A stretch of 64,000 nucleotides of DNA. It comes from Raja brachyura. Taxonomy: Eukaryota. Positions 37,961 through 52,130 of the stretch are shown in pieces; positions within the stretch are counted from its first letter, which is position 1, and each line of letters opens with the position of its first letter. The stretch is taken from NCBI GenBank assembly GCA_963514005.1, contig OY740782.1:87358001-87422000 (forward strand). The letters are read 5' to 3'. A program made the position numbers and the translations under genes. The notes beneath the pieces are model-generated. The model was not told where the DNA came from. It saw nothing but the letters and a program-made list of their open reading frames with translations, and did not search any database.

Positions 37961-40496
37961 TCTCTGTTCTCTCATTACTATTAAAATCCTTGCTGTTTAT
38001 GACCCCGTGTAGAGTGTGTATAGCTGGCACTTTCCAAGATACTATGATGCTGACCACACCTGAGTGCGTATAGTGGGTTTCTGAGACTGTGAAAAGTACT
38101 TGAAAACAACAACCCCTTTCTATCTGAACTTAAAAAAAAGTGCAATTTTTGAGAGCTACTTTCCTTGAGAGACTGGTGTAAGTGCACTGGCCAAATGTAC
38201 AATGCTACTAAATTAGCTGTCCTGGCTGCTAATTATCTTAGATCCAGTGCACCTCACCTCTATAAACTAGCATGTGATATTTACTGGACTCACATTAATG
38301 TCATTTGATTGTCTTCAATCTCCAACAAATGCATTCAACATTATGATCTATCTTATTCAATAACTTTTGCTATTCAAAGCCTGAACTGCTGCACCTGAGC
38401 ACTTCCCAACTTTAACACCTGATGGGAATTATCGTTTAACAGATCAGTTCCATTCAGTTGATTATGTTCTGTTGTCACTTACTCTGCAGCCGCACCGCAT
38501 AACAGCCTTTGATTTTTAACTCCCTTGCATGTCAAGTAATAAATCATTATTTAGTTTGATCATTGCTTCTTTCTGCATCATCAGATTAGCAGACAGTGAG
38601 GGACAAGCATAGGATTGTGCAAGGTGCACCTCTCTGCTTTAAAGCCTTGTTACTCACCCCTTACTGATAGATTCTGACAGCTCATAGCCACAATGCTGCA
38701 AGAGTGGCAAACTCACTGACTTCAAGATATCAACAACACAATTAAATGCCAATAGGTACATTAAGTTAGCACAGCAGGTGCCACATCACATAATATTTTT
38801 CTATTGGAGTTGAATGGATAAGAGTATATGATTTTTCCTAAAATCACATAGTTCTTTCTGCCAAAATGGTACAAAATAACTGGACTAACTCATTAAGAAA
38901 TGACAACCACCTCTTTGAATGATTTAATTATTAGATTATCTTTTTAATCTAAAATGATCAAGCTCTATGGATTTTTGCATGTTTATGGAATACACTTCCA
39001 ACGTTGAATTTATTGCCACATGCAATAGGTACACCTGATGTATAGGTACAATGAACATTTTGCTTGCAAACACCATCACAGACACATAGACTCAGACAAC
39101 ACACAAAAACATAAATTATACATAAATTACGCATAAAACCTGCAGTGAAAAGGAAAGACTATGCAAAATACAAAACGTTAGTGCCAAATCAAATTAGAAA
39201 ATCTGTCCATTGTTGTGCAAGTCCATATGACCTTTGTCTGCTGCGAATTTCAACAATAAAATATTCCAGTATTTTTATTCTGGCTAATACGGCCATACTT
39301 ATTGAGTAGAAACGTTAACTGCTTTCCTCTCCATAGATGCTGCCTGACCTGTAGATTTTTGCTCCAAGTAATTTTGACTTTAGACATGCTTTGCAATGCT
39401 CAATGGCAGTTGGCCAAGCTTTAAAAACTAATATGCTTCTGCTTTCACAGGATTTTGTTACTCAGGATACATTAGCATCATCATTGTTAAGACATCATTC
39501 CCATAGGGAGAAGATTTTCAATTCCTGCTCTTTGCAATCATTTAATTAACTTTATGTAAAAAAATTCAACAAGCTCAATATTTACTGTACCCATTTCAGA
39601 ATGTATCTGATGATTCATGGAACAGATGATAAGAAGGAGAGTTAAGAAAATAAATTGTTAGATTGGAGTGATTTTAAATTATGACTATGAATCAGCACAG
39701 GTGGTGTAACAAGACAAATTTCTTCACCATGTTTTGTGATTATGTTCGCTCTTGAGGACAGACTGAATCTTTCAAGTCCAGAAGGCAAATGCTCTACTAT
39801 AGGACCCTCCTAAACTCTACTAAAGTTGAACTGTGAAACAAAAATCAAGCAGTCCTTTATGAAGTCTTGGGAGTTTCTTCAGTAATTTGTATGCCTTTCC
39901 AGCGCAAGGGTTGGCAAGTGGGCTTGAGGGGATGGGGGGGGGGGGGGGGGGGTGGGGGGGGGAAGGATATAATGGAAAACCTACCTTTTTCCAGTTTTTT
40001 GCACTACATTGTAGTTGCAGGCTGTGAGGATTGCTGTCAGAAGATACAGCGGGATATAGATCAGCTGCAGAAATGGGCGGGGAAATGCCAGATGGAGTTT
40101 AACCTGAGCAAGTGTGGGCTCAGTGACCAGTGAAGTTCTGCAGGGATCTGTGCTGAGACCTCTGCTGTTTGTGATATTTATAACTGACCTGGACGTAAAT
40201 ATAGATAGGCTGGTGAGTAAGTTTGCAAGATTGGAATTCCTGTTTACACCTGTGCTCCTTCATGTCCTACCAATCTTTGCAAAAGTGAAGTTTGATTTCC
40301 TCTATCAACTGTAGACAATGGCCAGCCCTGGTTCCAATGGCTTCAGTGCTAGCTGGGAAACTGGAACCCTTGGACATATGCTGAAGCCAGAAACAGTGAG
40401 GGGAAGTACAACCTGGATATTAAATAATTATAAGACGGTGAAAGCATGAATTATGTAAATCCTGCACTGGTTAAATAATATACTGAGATAGAATCT

Positions 40497-40763
40497 AGTT
40501 TAGAGATATAGCATGGAAATAGGCCCTTCAGCCCACCGAGTCCCCTCTGACCAGTGATCACCTGTACACATGTTCTATTCTACACACTAGCCATGATTTA
40601 CAGAAGCCAATACACCTACGAACCAGCACATCTTTGGGATGTGGGAGGAAACGGAAGCACCCGGAGAAAACTCCGTACAGTCACCACCTGTAGTCTGAAT
40701 TGAACCCATGTCTCTGGTGCTGTCAGGCAGTAATCCTACTGCAGTGTCACCGAGCCGCTGCGC
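40497..40763 (-). mobile_element. HE1-type V-SINE
   Basis: Reverse complement of the 30944 element (tctttgggatgtgggaggaaac). Confidence 0.85.
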
Positions 40764-41382
40764 TACATTGTGAGTCATACAGTTATACAATACAGAAACA
40801 TGCATTTGGCCAATATTCTTCTAAATATTTTTTATCCACATACCTGTCCAAGTGTCTTTTAAATGGTGTTATTGTACCTGCCTCAACTACTTCCATTGGC
40901 AGCTCGTTCTATATACCCACCTCCATCTTGTGTGAAAAGGTTGCCCTTTTTCCAGCACTGTCTAATTAAGCCCCCACTTTCTATCAAAAGGTAATTTTGC
41001 AATTCTTAGTATGTAAAACCCCTCGAGGAGTCTTTTATTCTGTGCTCCTTGTGAAATAGGAATTGATACATTGTTGTAAGCAGCTGTTTTTTAAATGTTT
41101 TATTAAGAAATAAAGAAAAGCTATTGTAAGATCAAAATTACAGTAGATCACCTTCTGGTAATGAAATTACTCAGGTGAATAATATAACTACAATTGAGCA
41201 AATCTTTCATGCGCAGGTTCAGAGAGTTCATCCACATGGACCTGCCAATTCCCTGTGGGAAACCTTGGGCCTGCTTTCTCTTTGAGACACAAAGTTACAG
41301 CAGCTCCTCCCTGTCACATTTCCCTTTAATTCTCAACACTAATTGCAGACGGTTTTAATCAAGACAATTGTCGGGTAGTCAA

Positions 41383-41712
41383 GCGGCACAGTGGCGCAGC
41401 AAGTAGGGCTGCTTTCTCACAGCACCAGAGACCCGAGATCGATCCTGACCTCAAATGCTGTCTGTGTGTAGTTTGCACATTCTCCCTACGACTGTGTGGG
41501 TTTTCTCCAATTGCTCAGGTTTCCTCCCACATCCCAAAGACATGCAGGTTTGCAGGTTAATTGACATCTGTATATTGCCCCCCTAGAGCGCAGTGAGTGG
41601 AACCAAAAGTGGGATAATATAGAACTGGTGTGAGCAGATGATCGATGGTCGAATAGGTGGACTCGGTGGGCCTAAGGGCCTGTTTCCATGCTGTATCTAT
41701 CCATCAATCTAA
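41383..41712 (+). mobile_element. HE1-type V-SINE
   Basis: gcggcacagtggcgcagc...tttcctcccacatcccaaagac...gggcctgtttccatgctgtatct. Confidence 0.88.
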
Positions 41713-42754
41713 ATTCTGACATAACTGTGACAGTGGCAGTGTTTGCAGTACGGCACCTCCATTCAATGCTTGTACTTTCCCAAAGGCCCCGAACCTGATA
41801 GACAAAGACAATAGGGCAGGAGTTGGCCAGGCGGCCCATCGAGCCAGCAGCACTGCTTTGATTATTGCCATGGCAATGCTGATGTTGAAGTGATCATTGT
41901 TTTAACACAGCTGATGAACTATTCAGCATAGTCCATGGTTTTGCCATCACTCTAACAATGGAAATATCACTCATTGGCATACTCTGTGTGAATTTAAATG
42001 GATTAAATTCTGTCCTGGCTTTATTAACGTATAATCTATTCAAGATTATCTTGTATTTGCATCAGATAATTGTGGTTAAATCTGTTTGGAGGCAGCTGCC
42101 GTTAGCCAGCCATGTTTGGGTAGTGCTCTGCATATTGAGCTCAATAGCAAGTGACCAGGAATGATGCTTTCTTGCACCCTTCCTCTTGAAAAAAGAGGGA
42201 AAAACTCATGTGGCTCATCTGACTGACCATTGTATGATTCCACTGCCCAATACCCCAATCAACATCACCCAATCTAACCGCTTCCAACTGAGCACCTCCA
42301 TGTATTGATGTCAGCCTCTGCAAAACCTAATTCTAGGTCTGAGACTTTCATCTTCGATGTTTCTCCTGCCCACTCTCGTCCTCAGTTTTACCTGATCTTC
42401 CTGTATTCAGGATCGTTAGTTTGCTAAAATCCTTACTTACATAGTCAAAGGACTGCTGGGTGAGGCACAATGTCTTCAACAAAGTGCACTGCCCTGGTTT
42501 CAAATGTGTTTCATTGTGCAAAACCCGAACATGAATGAAAACCTTATTCCACTTACCAGGTGAATTTCAATTGCTAAGTACATGTGTAACTTACAAATAA
42601 CTTGACCCTCTCTAATATCATGGGTGTTTTTTAAATGTTTCATGTAAGCACTTCAGGATCCAAGGCATCAGTCTGATCTTTCAGTCCACTACTCTGTGCA
42701 GTCCAATGGTCTGTGAAAGCTTTCTTCCTCCACTCGAGGTCAGTCTGTCTCTTT

Positions 42755-44235
42755 CTTTTTTTCCACTTTAGTTTTTATTGCTTTTATGTATACACAAATA
42801 AAACACAAATATAACAAAGAAACATACAACATTACAGTGAAACGTACAACAGTGTAGCGGGGGGCTCAGTTTACAATTAATGATGCAGTATACAGAAGTA
42901 TTTTCATATTAAAACATTTTCCAATAACTTACATTATTGTCTATAAAATTATACAGTGTTCATGTCTTTATTTCTATACCTAATCCATTTTTCCCATTTT
43001 CTATTAAACTCGTCTTCTTTCACTCTTAGAGAATATGTCATTTTCTCCATGACAAATATTTCCTGTACTATGTCTAACCATTGTCTAAGTCTGGGTGTGT
43101 CCGCTCTAAGCCAGTTTCTTGTAATGGCCTTTCTGCCAGCTGTGAGTAGGATTTTAACCAAGTAATGGCCTACCTTCAGCACTGCTGTATTTATATTACC
43201 CAGGTATAAAATGGAACACTTCTTGCAGACTGTATATCCTAATACCTCCGTTAATTCTGAATTCACTCTGTCCCAAAATGGTTCTATTTTTGGGCAACTC
43301 CAGAAGATATGCGCATGATTTTCGTCAGTTTGACCACATTGCCTCCAGCATGTTTGCTGCCTTAAAATTTGCTTGCTTTTTATGTTAGGCGTAACAAAGA
43401 AACAAATCAAATGTTTTCAATTAAATTCTCTCCAATTTTGTGAAAGAGTGGATGTCTGCAGTGTTACACACATATGATGCCATTCTTCTTCTGAGATTGT
43501 AATGTTCAATTCCTTTCCCCACTTAAATTTTACATAAAATGTAGTTTTAGCTTGACATTCCATTAAACTATGATAAAGTTTAGAAATAATCCTTAATGTT
43601 TTTTGATGATACGCAATGACTATCACTTCTATCACTGGATTCTTTTCTTCTAGTGCCTCCCTTTTTACCTTTTTATTGTAATAATGTCTCAGTTGGAGGT
43701 ATCTAAACAAGTCTTGGTTCCGAAGTGCAAATCTATCCTTCAAATCTTGAAAACTTCTTGGGTCTCCATTTTCTATAACTGTATAAAATGCAGTCATTCC
43801 TTTCTTCATCCACTCTTTAAATGTTGAGTCATACATCCCTGGTTTAAATTCATTATCCAAAGCTATCCATCTTAAAACTTTTTGTCGTTTATTCAGTTTA
43901 AGTTGTCTGGTAAGAGTGAACCAGGTTTCTAAAGTAAATATCGTTATTGGATCAATTGTACTCCTGATATGTCCAGGAAGCGCTTTTTCTCCTAAAAGTG
44001 TTAGGATGTGGAAGTCAGGGATATATGTCTCAATCTCTTTCCACCTAGCTGTATAGCTGTCCTCACACCAATTAATTAGTGGTCGAAGTTGGGCTGCATA
44101 GAAATATATCCTAAAATTTGGAAGTGCCATTCCACCTTTTGTCCTTTGGCAACTGGAGTGTAGTGTATCGAATTCTGGCCTTCTTTCCTCCCCAAATAAA
44201 TCTAGATATTAATTTATCCCATTCCGTGAATCTGT
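42755..44235 (-). mobile_element. 5'-truncated L1-clade LINE, ORF2 C-terminal region
   Basis: GGMALPNF..YFYAAQL, LFRYLQLRHY, Cys/His knuckle CWRQC......HIFWSC; A-rich 3' end. Confidence 0.85.
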
Positions 44236-46006
44236 CTCTTTCAATCATCTTAAATCATCCATGCCTTAGGCTATCCAGTATCTTGTCCAATAACAATATT
44301 CCCTCTGCTCGCTTTACGGTCTCTCAGTTTATAACAACCCAATTTTAAAAATGTCCTAATTTTCACATCCTCCTATGGTCATATGTTTTCAACCTTGTAA
44401 TACTCATTGGTCTTAAATCCTCTGTGATATCTGGACTCCTTCAATTATGGCCTTTTAGGTAATCAACATTTTAGTTACTCCATCAATGCCACCCGCACCT
44501 CTACAATTCCCTACTGAAATGATTGCCTCTCTCCTCACTTTTCTCCTTTATTTATTACTGCTTTACCAAGTTTTTGTTCATTTTCGCAAGAAATGAGAAA
44601 TTAATAATTAGGAAGAACTCTAATAAAACTCTGAGAAATTGAAAGTTGTGGTAGTTGTTATGAGCTTTTGATTCATCATGTGCATTGAGATGTTCTGTAG
44701 GCATTACATATTGAAAAATATTGCTTTTCATATTGTTCACACTGCTATTCCTTGTCTTGTAACTATGGCATTTTCCCACCCAGTAATGTGGGAGTCCCCT
44801 GTAATGCCCCTGAAATGCCATGTCTTTCACACTCCTCCAAGGCTGTTTTACATAAAACCGTGAGAAAACAGGAGCAGGAACAGGACAGTCGAACCCTCAT
44901 GCTTGTCCCGGCATTCAGTACGTCATGGCTAGTCTGCTCCGGTCTCATATCCCCTTCCGTGAGAATTCCCCATAGCCCTCCAATTCACGTATCTTTCAAA
45001 AATGTATCCACTTCCTCTTTAAATTTTTATCAGGAATATCACAACCATTACATTGTTCATGTCCTCAATGAAGCATTCTGGAACTCAAAAAACTAGCACA
45101 GAGGTTTGGAATTGAAACATCTCCTGTCCTTTCCGTCTCCAGGTGTTTTGCTCAAGATTCCAGCATCTGCAGTTCCCTATGACTCCAACCTTTACATACG
45201 CACTTGATTTGGAAGAATAGAGAAAATGTAGGCTATACTATAATATGAATCTATACATTTTAATCAGTGATCTTTAAAAGGGCAATGGTTTGTTGCATTG
45301 TGCAACTTAATCATTCACAAGTTGGGATGCTTGTTAAGGGTGCAATGGTCAGTGGGATATTGACATTGGTTATGTAAAATAGGCACTTGACTGTGCATGC
45401 AAGGTCTTCCCTGTCTACTGAACTTTCTGGCCACCTCTGTCTATTCCACCATGGGCTCGAGTACATTACAGTCAAATGTTCAAAATCACCTCAGCTTCAA
45501 TGCAAAGACAGGGTTATACAATGGAGACAATTCTAGTTCTGCTGTTGACATTGAGATTTGTCATCTCAACCTCTAACATGACATCCTGCACCTTTTCAAA
45601 CACCTTGACACACCATTGAATACTGTAATACAGCACAGAGTGAACACCATTTGGACTAGAGGATCACCAAGGTATATTAAAATGAAACATATAGATTTCT
45701 AATATTAACTGATACTAAATTACAATTGGATTTAATCGAAACTAAAAAGTCAATTTTATGGGATGGTAAAAGGAATTTTTAAGACCGCCACACGGTGTTC
45801 ATCTAAAACTGTTTACTAATGGAACCAATGGAAGTGCTGTCAATTAGAATGGCAGTGGTCTCAGATTTTCCTCTGGTGTTTTGGTGAAACCATTGATCAA
45901 ACACAATACAGCTGTGATCATGCTGCTTTCACTTTCCAGCCAGACTGTTAGCTGCCTCTCTGATATTTCTGATGGAAACACTGACATAAGTTTTTTGTTA
46001 AATTCA

Positions 46007-49000
46007 TCTATATAATACTAAAACTCTTTGTCGTGTGTGTGTGTGTGTGTGTGTGGATCTGGTTAATTTTCTTATTTTCCTATTTTTTTCCAAACGCTAG
46101 TTCACAGACTTCCCATTATAGAAACATAGACACATAGAAAAATAGGTGCATGAGTAGGCCATTCGGCCCTTCGAGCCTGCACCCCCATTCAATGTGATCA
46201 TGGCTGATCATCCAACTCAGTATCCCGTACCTGCCTTCTCTCCATACCCCCTGATCCCTTTAGCCACATCTAACGCCCTCTTAAATATAGCCAATGAACT
46301 GGCCTCAACTACCTTCTGTGGCAGAGAATTCCAGAGACTCACCACTCTCTGTGTAAAGAATGTTTTCCTCATCTCGGTCATAAAGGAATTCCCCCTTATC
46401 CTTAGACTGTGACCCCTTGTTCTGGACTCCCCCAACATCGGGAACAATCTTCCAGTATCTAGCTTGTCCAACCCCTTAAGAATTTTGTAAGTTTCTATAA
46501 GATCCCCCCTCAATCTTCTAAATTCCAGCGAGTACAGGCCGAGTCTATCCAATCTATACCATTAAGGTCTATACCATTAAGCATGGATTTATGAAAGGTA
46601 AATCTTATAGACTATTTTGAGGATGTAACTAGTAGAGTGGATAAGAGAGAACCAGTGGAAGTGTTATATCCTCATATGAAAGTCCTGACATCCCAGGAAT
46701 CAGTCTGGTGAATCTTCTCTGTACCCCCTCTATGGCAAGTATGTCTTTCCTCAGATTTGGAAACCAAAACTGTACGCAATACTCCAGGTGTGGCCTCACC
46801 AAAACCCTGTACAACTGCAGTAGAACCTCCCTGCTCCTATACTCAAATCCTTTCGCTATGAATGCTAACATACCATTTGCTTTCTTCACTGCCTGCTGCA
46901 CCTGAATGCCTACTTTCAATGACTGGTGTACCATGACACCCAGGTCTCGTTGCATCTCCCCTTTTCCTAATCTGCCACCATTCAGATAATAGTCTACCCT
47001 CATGTTTTTGCCACCAAAGTGGATAACCTCACATTTATCCACATTATACTGCATCTGCCATGCATCTGCCCATTCACTCAACCTATCCAAATCACCCTGC
47101 AGCGTCCAAGCATCCTCCTCACACCTAACTATACCCCCCAGCTTGGTGTCATCTGCGAACTTGGAGATGTTGCATTCAATTCCCTAGTCCAAATCATTAA
47201 TATATATTGTAAATAGCTGGGGTCCCAGCACTGAGCCTTGCGGTACCCCACTAGTCACTGCCTGCCATTCTGAAAAGGACCAGTTTACTCCTACCCTTTG
47301 CCTCCTGTCTGCTAGCCAGTTCTCTATCCACATCAATGCTGAACCCCCAATACCGTGTGCTTTAAGTTTGTATGCTAATCTCTTATGCGGGACCTTGTCG
47401 AAAGCCTTCTGAAAGTTTAGATATAACACATCCACTGGTTCTCCCTTATCCACTCTACTAGTTACATCCTCGAAAAATTCTATCAGATTTGTCAGACATG
47501 ATTTACCTTTCGTAAATCCATGCTGACTTTGTCCAATGATTTCACCACTTTCCAAATGCGTTGCTATCCCATCTTTAATAACTGACTCTAGCATTTTCCC
47601 CACTACCGATGTTAGACTAGCTGGTCTGTAATTCCCCGCTTTCTCTCTCCCTCCTTTTTTAAAAAGTGGGGTTACATTAGCTATCCTCCAATCCTCAGGA
47701 ACTACTCCAGAATCTAAGGAATTTTGAAAAATTATCACTAATGCATCCACTATTTCTGTGGCTACCTCCTTGAGTACTCTGGGATGCAGACTATCTGGCC
47801 CTGGGGATTTATCGGCCTTCAATCCGTTCAATTTACCCAACACCACCTCCCGGCTAACCTGGATTTCACTCAGTTCCTCCATCTTATTTGACCCCCGTTC
47901 CACTGCTATTTCCGGCAGATTATTTATGTCTTCCTTAGTGAAGACAGAACCAAAGTAGTTATTCAATTGGTCTGCCATGTCCTTGTTCCCTATGATCAAT
48001 TCACCTGTTTCTGACTGCAAGGGACCAAGATTTGTTTTAACTAGTCTCTTTCTCTTCACATATCTATAAAAACTTTTGCAGTCAGTTTTTATGTTCCTTG
48101 CCAGTTTCCTTTCATAATCTATTTTCCCTTTCCTAATTAAACCCTTTGTCCTCCTCTGCTGGATTCTGAATTTCTCCCAGTCCTCCGGTAGGCTGCTTTT
48201 TCTGGCAAATTTGTATACCTCATCTTTTGTTTTTATACTATCCCTGATTTCCCTTGTTATCCATGGATGCACCACCTTCCCCGATTTATTCTTTTGCCAA
48301 ACTGGTATGAACAATTTTTGTACTTCATCCATGCAGTCTTTAAATACCTTCCATTGCACATCCACTGTCAACCCTTTAAGAATCACCTGCCAGTCTATCT
48401 TGGCCAATTCACATCTCATACCTTCAAAGTTACCTTTGTTCAAGTTCAGAACCCTTGTTTCTGACTTAATTTTGTCACTCTCCATCCTAATGAAGAACTC
48501 AACCATATTATGGTAACTCTTGCCCAAGGGGCCACGCACAACAAGACTGCTAACTAACCCTTCCTCATTACTCAATACCCAGTCTAGAATAGCCTGCTCT
48601 CTCGTTGGTTCCTCCACATGTTGGTTGAGAAAACTATCCCGCATACATTCCAAGAAATCCTCTTCCTCAGCACCCCTGCCAATTTGCTTCACCCAATCTA
48701 CATGCAGATTGAAGTCACCCATTATAACCGTGTTACCCTTGTTGCATGCATTTCTAATTTCCTGTTTGATGCCATCCCCAACTCCAATACTACTGTTAGG
48801 TGGCCTGTACACAGCTCCCACTAGCGTTTTCTGCCCCTTAGATTTTCGCAGCTCTACCCATATCGATTCCACATCCTCCACGCTAATGTCCATCCTTTCT
48901 ATTGCATTAATCTCCTCTCTCACCAGCAACGCTACCCCACCTCCTTTTCCTTTTCATCTATCCCTCCTGAATATTGAATACCCCTGGATGTTCAGCTCCC

Positions 49001-49742
49001 AGTCTTGGTCACCCTGGAGCCATGTCTCCGTGATCCCAACTATAGCATAGTCATTAATCGCTATCTGCACCTTCAACTCATCCACCTTATTACGAATGCT
49101 CATCGCATTGAGACACAAAGCCTTCAGGCTTGTTTTTACAACACTCTTACTCCTTATACAATTATGTTGACACGTGGTCCCTTTCACATCGATCCCTATT
49201 ACACTTGGCCATACTCTCCTATCCCTTTGTGAGCTTTCTTTCCCGTTAATTCTGGGGTCATTAACCATCCCTTTACTCTCTTTCCCTTTAACTCCGTCCT
49301 CGACTATCCCATTTGACACCCCACCCCCCTTATTCAGTTTAAAACCATCATGCTGGTCCCCCACCTGTTAAGATGCAATCCGTCCCTTTTGTACAGTTCC
49401 CCCTTACTCCAAAACAGATCCCAGTGATCTAAGAATCTAAATCCCTGCCCCCTGCACCAGTTCCTCAGCCACACATTCAGGTCCCGTATCTCCCTGTTCC
49501 TGCTGTTTTCACACATCCTACCCACATTTGGTGGGATAGAGGAGGGAAGTAGAGTGAGAGAGTGGCAGGGCGGAGTGGATTTGATGGGAGGGGGATAGGC
49601 TTGAGTTGTGGAATATTGTGTTGACGGAATGGGTTTCGTTGGGGGAACGGGTGAGTGGTGGAATATTGCGTTGGGCAATGGGTTGCATTGGGGGTCCCAG
49701 CCTCCCATGTGACAGGGACCGAACGGGTCCCACTTAGTCTAA
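46007..49742 (+). mobile_element. Non-autonomous Helitron 3, split by a 3.4-kb CR1
   Basis: A|TCTATATAATACTAAAACTC at 46007; hairpin gggacc-gaacg-ggtccc at 49715-49731; CTAA at 49739-49742 followed by T; 3' segment similar to 24540-24614. Confidence 0.65.
46118..49504 (-). mobile_element. Long CR1 LINE: ORF1 esterase C-terminus plus nearly complete but disrupted ORF2 (APE + RT)
   Basis: DGLHLN (ORF1); LNAMSIRNK, GITETW, YRPP, GDFN, LDWVL, FQKAFDKVPH, GVPQGSVLGP in a 581-aa open stretch (47184-48929); frameshift near 48950 and premature stop at 47184. Confidence 0.95.
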
Positions 49743-50461
49743 TTCCCTTTAAATCACTATTCTTCAGGCCTTTCCTTAAAACTCCCTTTTTGATTAGGCG
49801 CTTGGTCACATAAAGTAATTGACTATCCTAATGTAAGTAATTTCTGTCTCCCACATGGTCCAATGCACGCACAAAATACCTTTGGTCATTCTTATTACTG
49901 TATAAATTTGACTTGTTATTACTTTTGCTGCTTGTTAATTACAGGTACTATTTTGAACACCTGCTTGATCAGATGAATGTTGGCCCTGGAAGCAAATTAT
50001 TGTTAATTCATTTTGTATTAATTGAAAGCTGTGGGAAACAAAAATATACTAATGGAAGATGACAGTTCCACAACACCCTGCAGCAACATAAATCATCAAA
50101 CATCTGCAAACATTGATGAAGATGAATACCTGAATAAGGTCAGGCTGAAGGATCATTTGTTTTACATGATGAGTCTTTCCAAATGAGATTTAAATAATGA
50201 GCATACTGTGTTAAGCCTCGGGACAATAGTATAATGTCCTCCATGAAGTGATTTTCTTTCAGATTATAGTGTACGGTGGATTTTGTATTTACTGAACTGA
50301 ACTAGACAAATACTTTCATGCCACATTGCTCTGGATGACCTATGGATTAAAGTTAAATAACTTGACACTATTTTACACTTGATAAGTGATTTCCATTAAA
50401 CTATTTTTATATTATGATTTCCATAAATGGGAATTATTTAGTATTTCAATTCTGCAGTGAT

Positions 50462-51210
50462 GACAATAGACAATAGGTGCAAGAGTAGGCCATTTGGCCC
50501 TTTGAGCCAGCACTGCCATTCAATGTGATCATGGCTGATCATCCCCAATCAATACCCGTTCCTGCCTTCTCCCCATATCTCCTGACTCCGCTATTTTTAA
50601 GAGCCCTATCTAGCTCTCTCTTGAAAGCATCTAGAGAACCTGCCTCCACAGGCAGAGAATTCCACAGACTCACCACTCTCTGTGAGAAAAAGTGTTTCCT
50701 CGTCTCCGTTCTCAAGGGCTTACTCTTTATTCGTAAACTGGGGCCCCTGGTTCTGGACTCCCCCAACATCGGGAACATGTTTCCTGCCTCTAGTGTGCCC
50801 AAGCCCTTAACAATCTTATATGTTTCAATGAGATCCCCTCTCATCCTTCTAAACTCCAGAGTGTACAAGCCCAGCTGCTCCATTCTCTCTGCGTATGACA
50901 GTCCCGCCATCCCGGGAATTAACCTTGTAAACCTACGCTGCACTCCCTCAATAGCAAGAATGTCCTTCCTCATATTAGGGGACCACAACTGCACACAATA
51001 CTCCAGGTGTGGTCTCACTAGGGCTCTGTGCAACTGCAGAAGGAGCTCTTAGTTCCTATATTCGATTCCTCTTGTTATAAAGGCCAACATGCCATTCGAT
51101 TTCTTCACTGCCTGCTGTACCTGCATGCTAACTTTCATAGACTGATGTACAAGGACCCCCAGATCCTGTTGTACTTCCCCTTTTCCCAACTTGATGCCAT
51201 TTAGATAGTA
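50462..51210 (-). mobile_element. CR1 3' fragment
   Basis: ORF 50539-51033 RPHLEYCVQLWSP...VQRRFTRLIPG. Confidence 0.9.
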
Positions 51211-51301
51211 AAAGCACTCAAAGGACTCCTATTTGGTTCACTATTGATTTCTTTATTTGCTTATCTTACCCCATCTGCCACACTTGCAGATACAGTATCG
51301 C

Positions 51302-52130
51302 GTGGCGCCATGTGCGGCAGCCTCGCCAGCAGCTGTCCGACCTTTCATCCTTTTTGTTATTTTTAGTCTGTCTAAAATTATGTTTCTAGAGTTCTTTTAG
51401 TCTTTTTTATGTGGGGTGGCGGGCTGGAAGGGGGAAGCCATTTTCTCAGTCACTTCCTGGTCGAGGATGCGTCTTTCTCTGAGTCGCATCTTCACCCCCT
51501 CCCCACGGCCTATCATCTGGATTGGCGTGGCCTTTACTGCCGGAGACCGTCCAGAGTTTCAGCAGTGGTGCAGCACTGAATTACCATCGTAGAGCAGGCG
51601 GTGCCTCACTGGGGATCGCCGTGTGGAGTTCAGTGTGTTGGGACTGCTGATTAACACCGTGGAGCTGTGGTTGTGGAGCTTCCAGCCGCGTGTGGCACTG
51701 ACTTCAACATTGCGGAGTCCTGAGGACCTCTTGCTGGGGGTCGCCAGCATCGAATCTCCGCCCAGCTTGCCATGTGGACTTCGGGAGCCGCAGTCTCCAG
51801 TAGGAACTGGCTGATTCGGAAACTGTAAGCCACTGAGAGTGTTCTCCGTTTCGACGCCGGAGCTCCGATCATCCCGGCGAAGGGGCCTGAAATATCGGGC
51901 CCTCCGTAGGGACGACTGCGGTGGGCTCAAAAGGCCCCGACCACGAGTGAACAAAGAGGAAGGGGACTGAACTTTATTGCCTTCCCTCAGTGGGAAACAT
52001 TGATTCCACTGTGTGGGGATGTTCATGTTAAATTCTATTATGTATTGTGTTCTTTTTATTCGTATGGCTGTATGGCAATTCAACTCTCACTGTACCAATT
52101 GGTGCATGTGATAATAAATGTCGCTTTGAC
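51302..52130 (+). mobile_element. Non-autonomous GC-rich retroposon with Rex1-like tail (copy D)
   Basis: Colinear with 6193-7010; tail tgtgataataaa. Confidence 0.7.

Noticed and set aside
47184-48929. 581-aa ORF as an active or domesticated reverse transcriptase gene
   Set aside because: Ordinary CR1 ORF2 bounded by an upstream frameshift and a premature stop before the RT catalytic xADD motif.
48520-51052. Long plus-strand ORFs (176 and 175 aa) opposite CR1 coding sequence
   Set aside because: Antisense shadows of CR1 ORF2.
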